Shown: positions 62,580 to 64,000 of the stretch, one piece after another
Layout: the number at the start of each line of letters is the position of its first letter
Position numbering within the stretch: the first letter of the stretch is position 1
DNA from: a virus
Virus record (IMG/VR): IMGVR_UViG_3300045988_086533
Coordinates: 1-64,000 of that record
DNA length: 64,000 nt
Strand: one strand, 5' to 3'
Program-made: the position numbers and the translations under genes
Notes under the pieces: generated by a model
What the model saw: only the letters and a program-made list of their open reading frames with translations
Told to the model about the DNA's origin: nothing
Databases searched by the model: none

Positions 62580-63874
62580 TGGTACAATTGCAAGCCATAA
62601 ATGATATATTAAATAATAATAACTTGGATCAATACACAGGCCAAGGAATAACAAAAGAGTACTTCAAGGACTATCAAGAAGAATTTGAGTTTATAAGTAC
62701 CCATTTTAGAACTTATGGAAAAGTACCTGACTGGGAAACATTCATGGGAAAATTTCCGGACTTTGATGTCGTGGAAGTATTAGAGCCATTAAAATATATT
62801 ATATATAACCTTAAGGAAAATTATTTATTTGATCAGGGGGTTTCATTATTTCAATCTAGCGGTGATATATTAGAACAGAACGCCTTTGATGGCTTACAAC
62901 ACATAGTAACAAGAGCACAACGTCTACTAGATCAAACGGTACAAAGTGGTGGTGTAAATATTAACAACATGGTAGATGAGAAAATAAAGGACTTAGAGAA
63001 TAAACGTGCTAAAGGTGGTATGCTTGGAATTGGAAGTGGCTTACCTGAATTAGATAAGATACTTAATGGATGGCTGCCTGGCGAAGAATTAGTTACTATA
63101 GTTGGTAGAGTTAATCAAGGTAAATCTTGGTTGCTACAAAAGTTTTTAACCGAAGCCAACAAACAATATAAAAAAGTACTCCATTACAGTGGTGAAATGG
63201 GGGTATTACAAGTGGCATATAGAAATGATACATTAGGTATGAACTACACTAACTCCCAATTAATGAGGGGTACAATAGGTGATGGTGACTATAAACAATA
63301 TATTAACGACCTAGAAACTAATAAAGAATTACCACCATATATAGTAGTAACTCCGGTAGACTTTGGAGGTAAAATGTTAACTGTATCTAAATTGAGAGCA
63401 CTTATAAAAGAGTATAAACCGGATATAGTTGGTATAGACCAGATATCATTAATGGAAGATGAACGACGTGGAAAGGGAGATCAAACAAGAACACAGTACA
63501 CACATATAGCTCAAGATTTATTTAATATTAGTATAGAATTTAGCATTCCAATTATAGTGGATGCCCAAGCCAACCGTAATAAGGCGGATATAGATAAGCC
63601 GGAAAACCCCGAACTTGCTGATATAGGAGAGAGTGATGGCATTGCACAAAATAGTAGTAGAGTAATTTCTTTAGTACAAACTAAAGCGGGGTTGAGCCTT
63701 AAAATAACTAAAAATAGATATGGCGAAAATAATAAGCAGCTACTATATGTGTGGGATATAGATAATGGTATATTTACTTTTGTAACTGAACAACTGGAAG
63801 ATGGAGCTGACATTGAGCCACAACTACCTTTGAAAAATAAAAATAAAATAAATGATGTAACTGATGTATTTTAA
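62579..63874 (+). CDS. dnaB: replicative DNA helicase (DnaB family)
   Basis: Walker A GRVNQGKS and Walker B VGIDQISLM. IIVDAQANR and GESDGIAQNS match DnaB motifs H3 and H4. Confidence 0.85.
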   Translation: MVQLQAINDILNNNNLDQYTGQGITKEYFKDYQEEFEFISTHFRTYGKVPDWETFMGKFPDFDVVEVLEPLKYIIYNLKENYLFDQGVSLFQSSGDILEQNAFDGLQHIVTRAQRLLDQTVQSGGVNINNMVDEKIKDLENKRAKGGMLGIGSGLPELDKILNGWLPGEELVTIVGRVNQGKSWLLQKFLTEANKQYKKVLHYSGEMGVLQVAYRNDTLGMNYTNSQLMRGTIGDGDYKQYINDLETNKELPPYIVVTPVDFGGKMLTVSKLRALIKEYKPDIVGIDQISLMEDERRGKGDQTRTQYTHIAQDLFNISIEFSIPIIVDAQANRNKADIDKPENPELADIGESDGIAQNSSRVISLVQTKAGLSLKITKNRYGENNKQLLYVWDIDNGIFTFVTEQLEDGADIEPQLPLKNKNKINDVTDVF

Positions 63875-63902
63875 AAAAAATTATAAGGAGGAATTGAGGA
63901 AT

Positions 63903-64000
63903 ATGGAAATTATTAATGATAAATATAAATTATATCAAGGTGACTGCTTAGAGATTATGGATAAATTGATTGAGGAGAGAGTAGTAGTAGACTTAACTGT
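63903..64000 (+). CDS. DNA methyltransferase, paralogue 4 (5' fragment, cut by the window edge)
   Basis: MEIINDKYKLYQGDCLEIMDKLIEE matches the N-termini of paralogues 1-3. RBS aaggagg. Confidence 0.6.
   Translation, partial: MEIINDKYKLYQGDCLEIMDKLIEERVVVDLT

Noticed and set aside
1-64000. Search for CRISPR arrays, tRNAs, integrase/repressor lysogeny genes, reverse transcriptase (DGR or retron) and inteins
   Set aside because: I found no regularly spaced direct repeats, no cloverleaf-like sequences in the intergenic gaps, no tyrosine or serine recombinase motifs, no YxDD reverse transcriptase motif, and no oversized host protein with intein-like blocks. This was a search by eye only, so tRNAscan and HMM scans should confirm it.

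Overview
AT-rich dsDNA phage segment, probably from a Firmicutes/Clostridia-type host. Every credible gene is on the + strand, packed tightly with GGAGG-type ribosome-binding sites. I saw no integrase, repressor, tRNA, CRISPR array or reverse transcriptase. There are three modules. (1) 1-19.1 kb holds replication, recombination and nucleotide metabolism: an SSB-like protein; a family A DNA polymerase split by a group I intron carrying an HNH homing endonuclease; a DNA methyltransferase; a DnaN-like sliding clamp; Cas4-like and RecU-like nucleases; dUTPase; RecA; a sigma-like factor; a DnaX/delta-prime/delta clamp loader; ThyX; and many small ORFs. (2) 19.3-55.3 kb holds packaging, head, siphovirus-type tail and lysis genes: TerS/TerL, portal, a MuF-like protein with a C-terminal HExxH domain, scaffold, decoration and major capsid proteins, tape measure, Dit, a multi-hydrolase Tal, a collagen-like fibre, a GH16 tail protein, XhlA-like protein plus holin, a 1731-aa BppU-like fibre, XkdX-like pair and an amidase endolysin. 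(3) 55.4-64 kb is a second early region: SNF2 helicase, at least three more methyltransferases, DnaC-like loader and DnaB helicase. The points most worth follow-up are these. A 35-nt promoter-like motif (GTTAGTAAA-N14-TATACTATATAT) occurs 15 times, sometimes with its -35 box in the loop of the preceding terminator hairpin. Four proteins (three methyltransferases and one unrelated protein) end in Q-[KR]-[KR]-L-F, which resembles a beta-clamp-binding motif, in a phage that encodes its own clamp. Two or three promoter-to-terminator units contain no ORF and are candidate small RNAs, one with three CCCC motifs. All functional calls rest on motifs read by eye and on gene order; no database search was possible.
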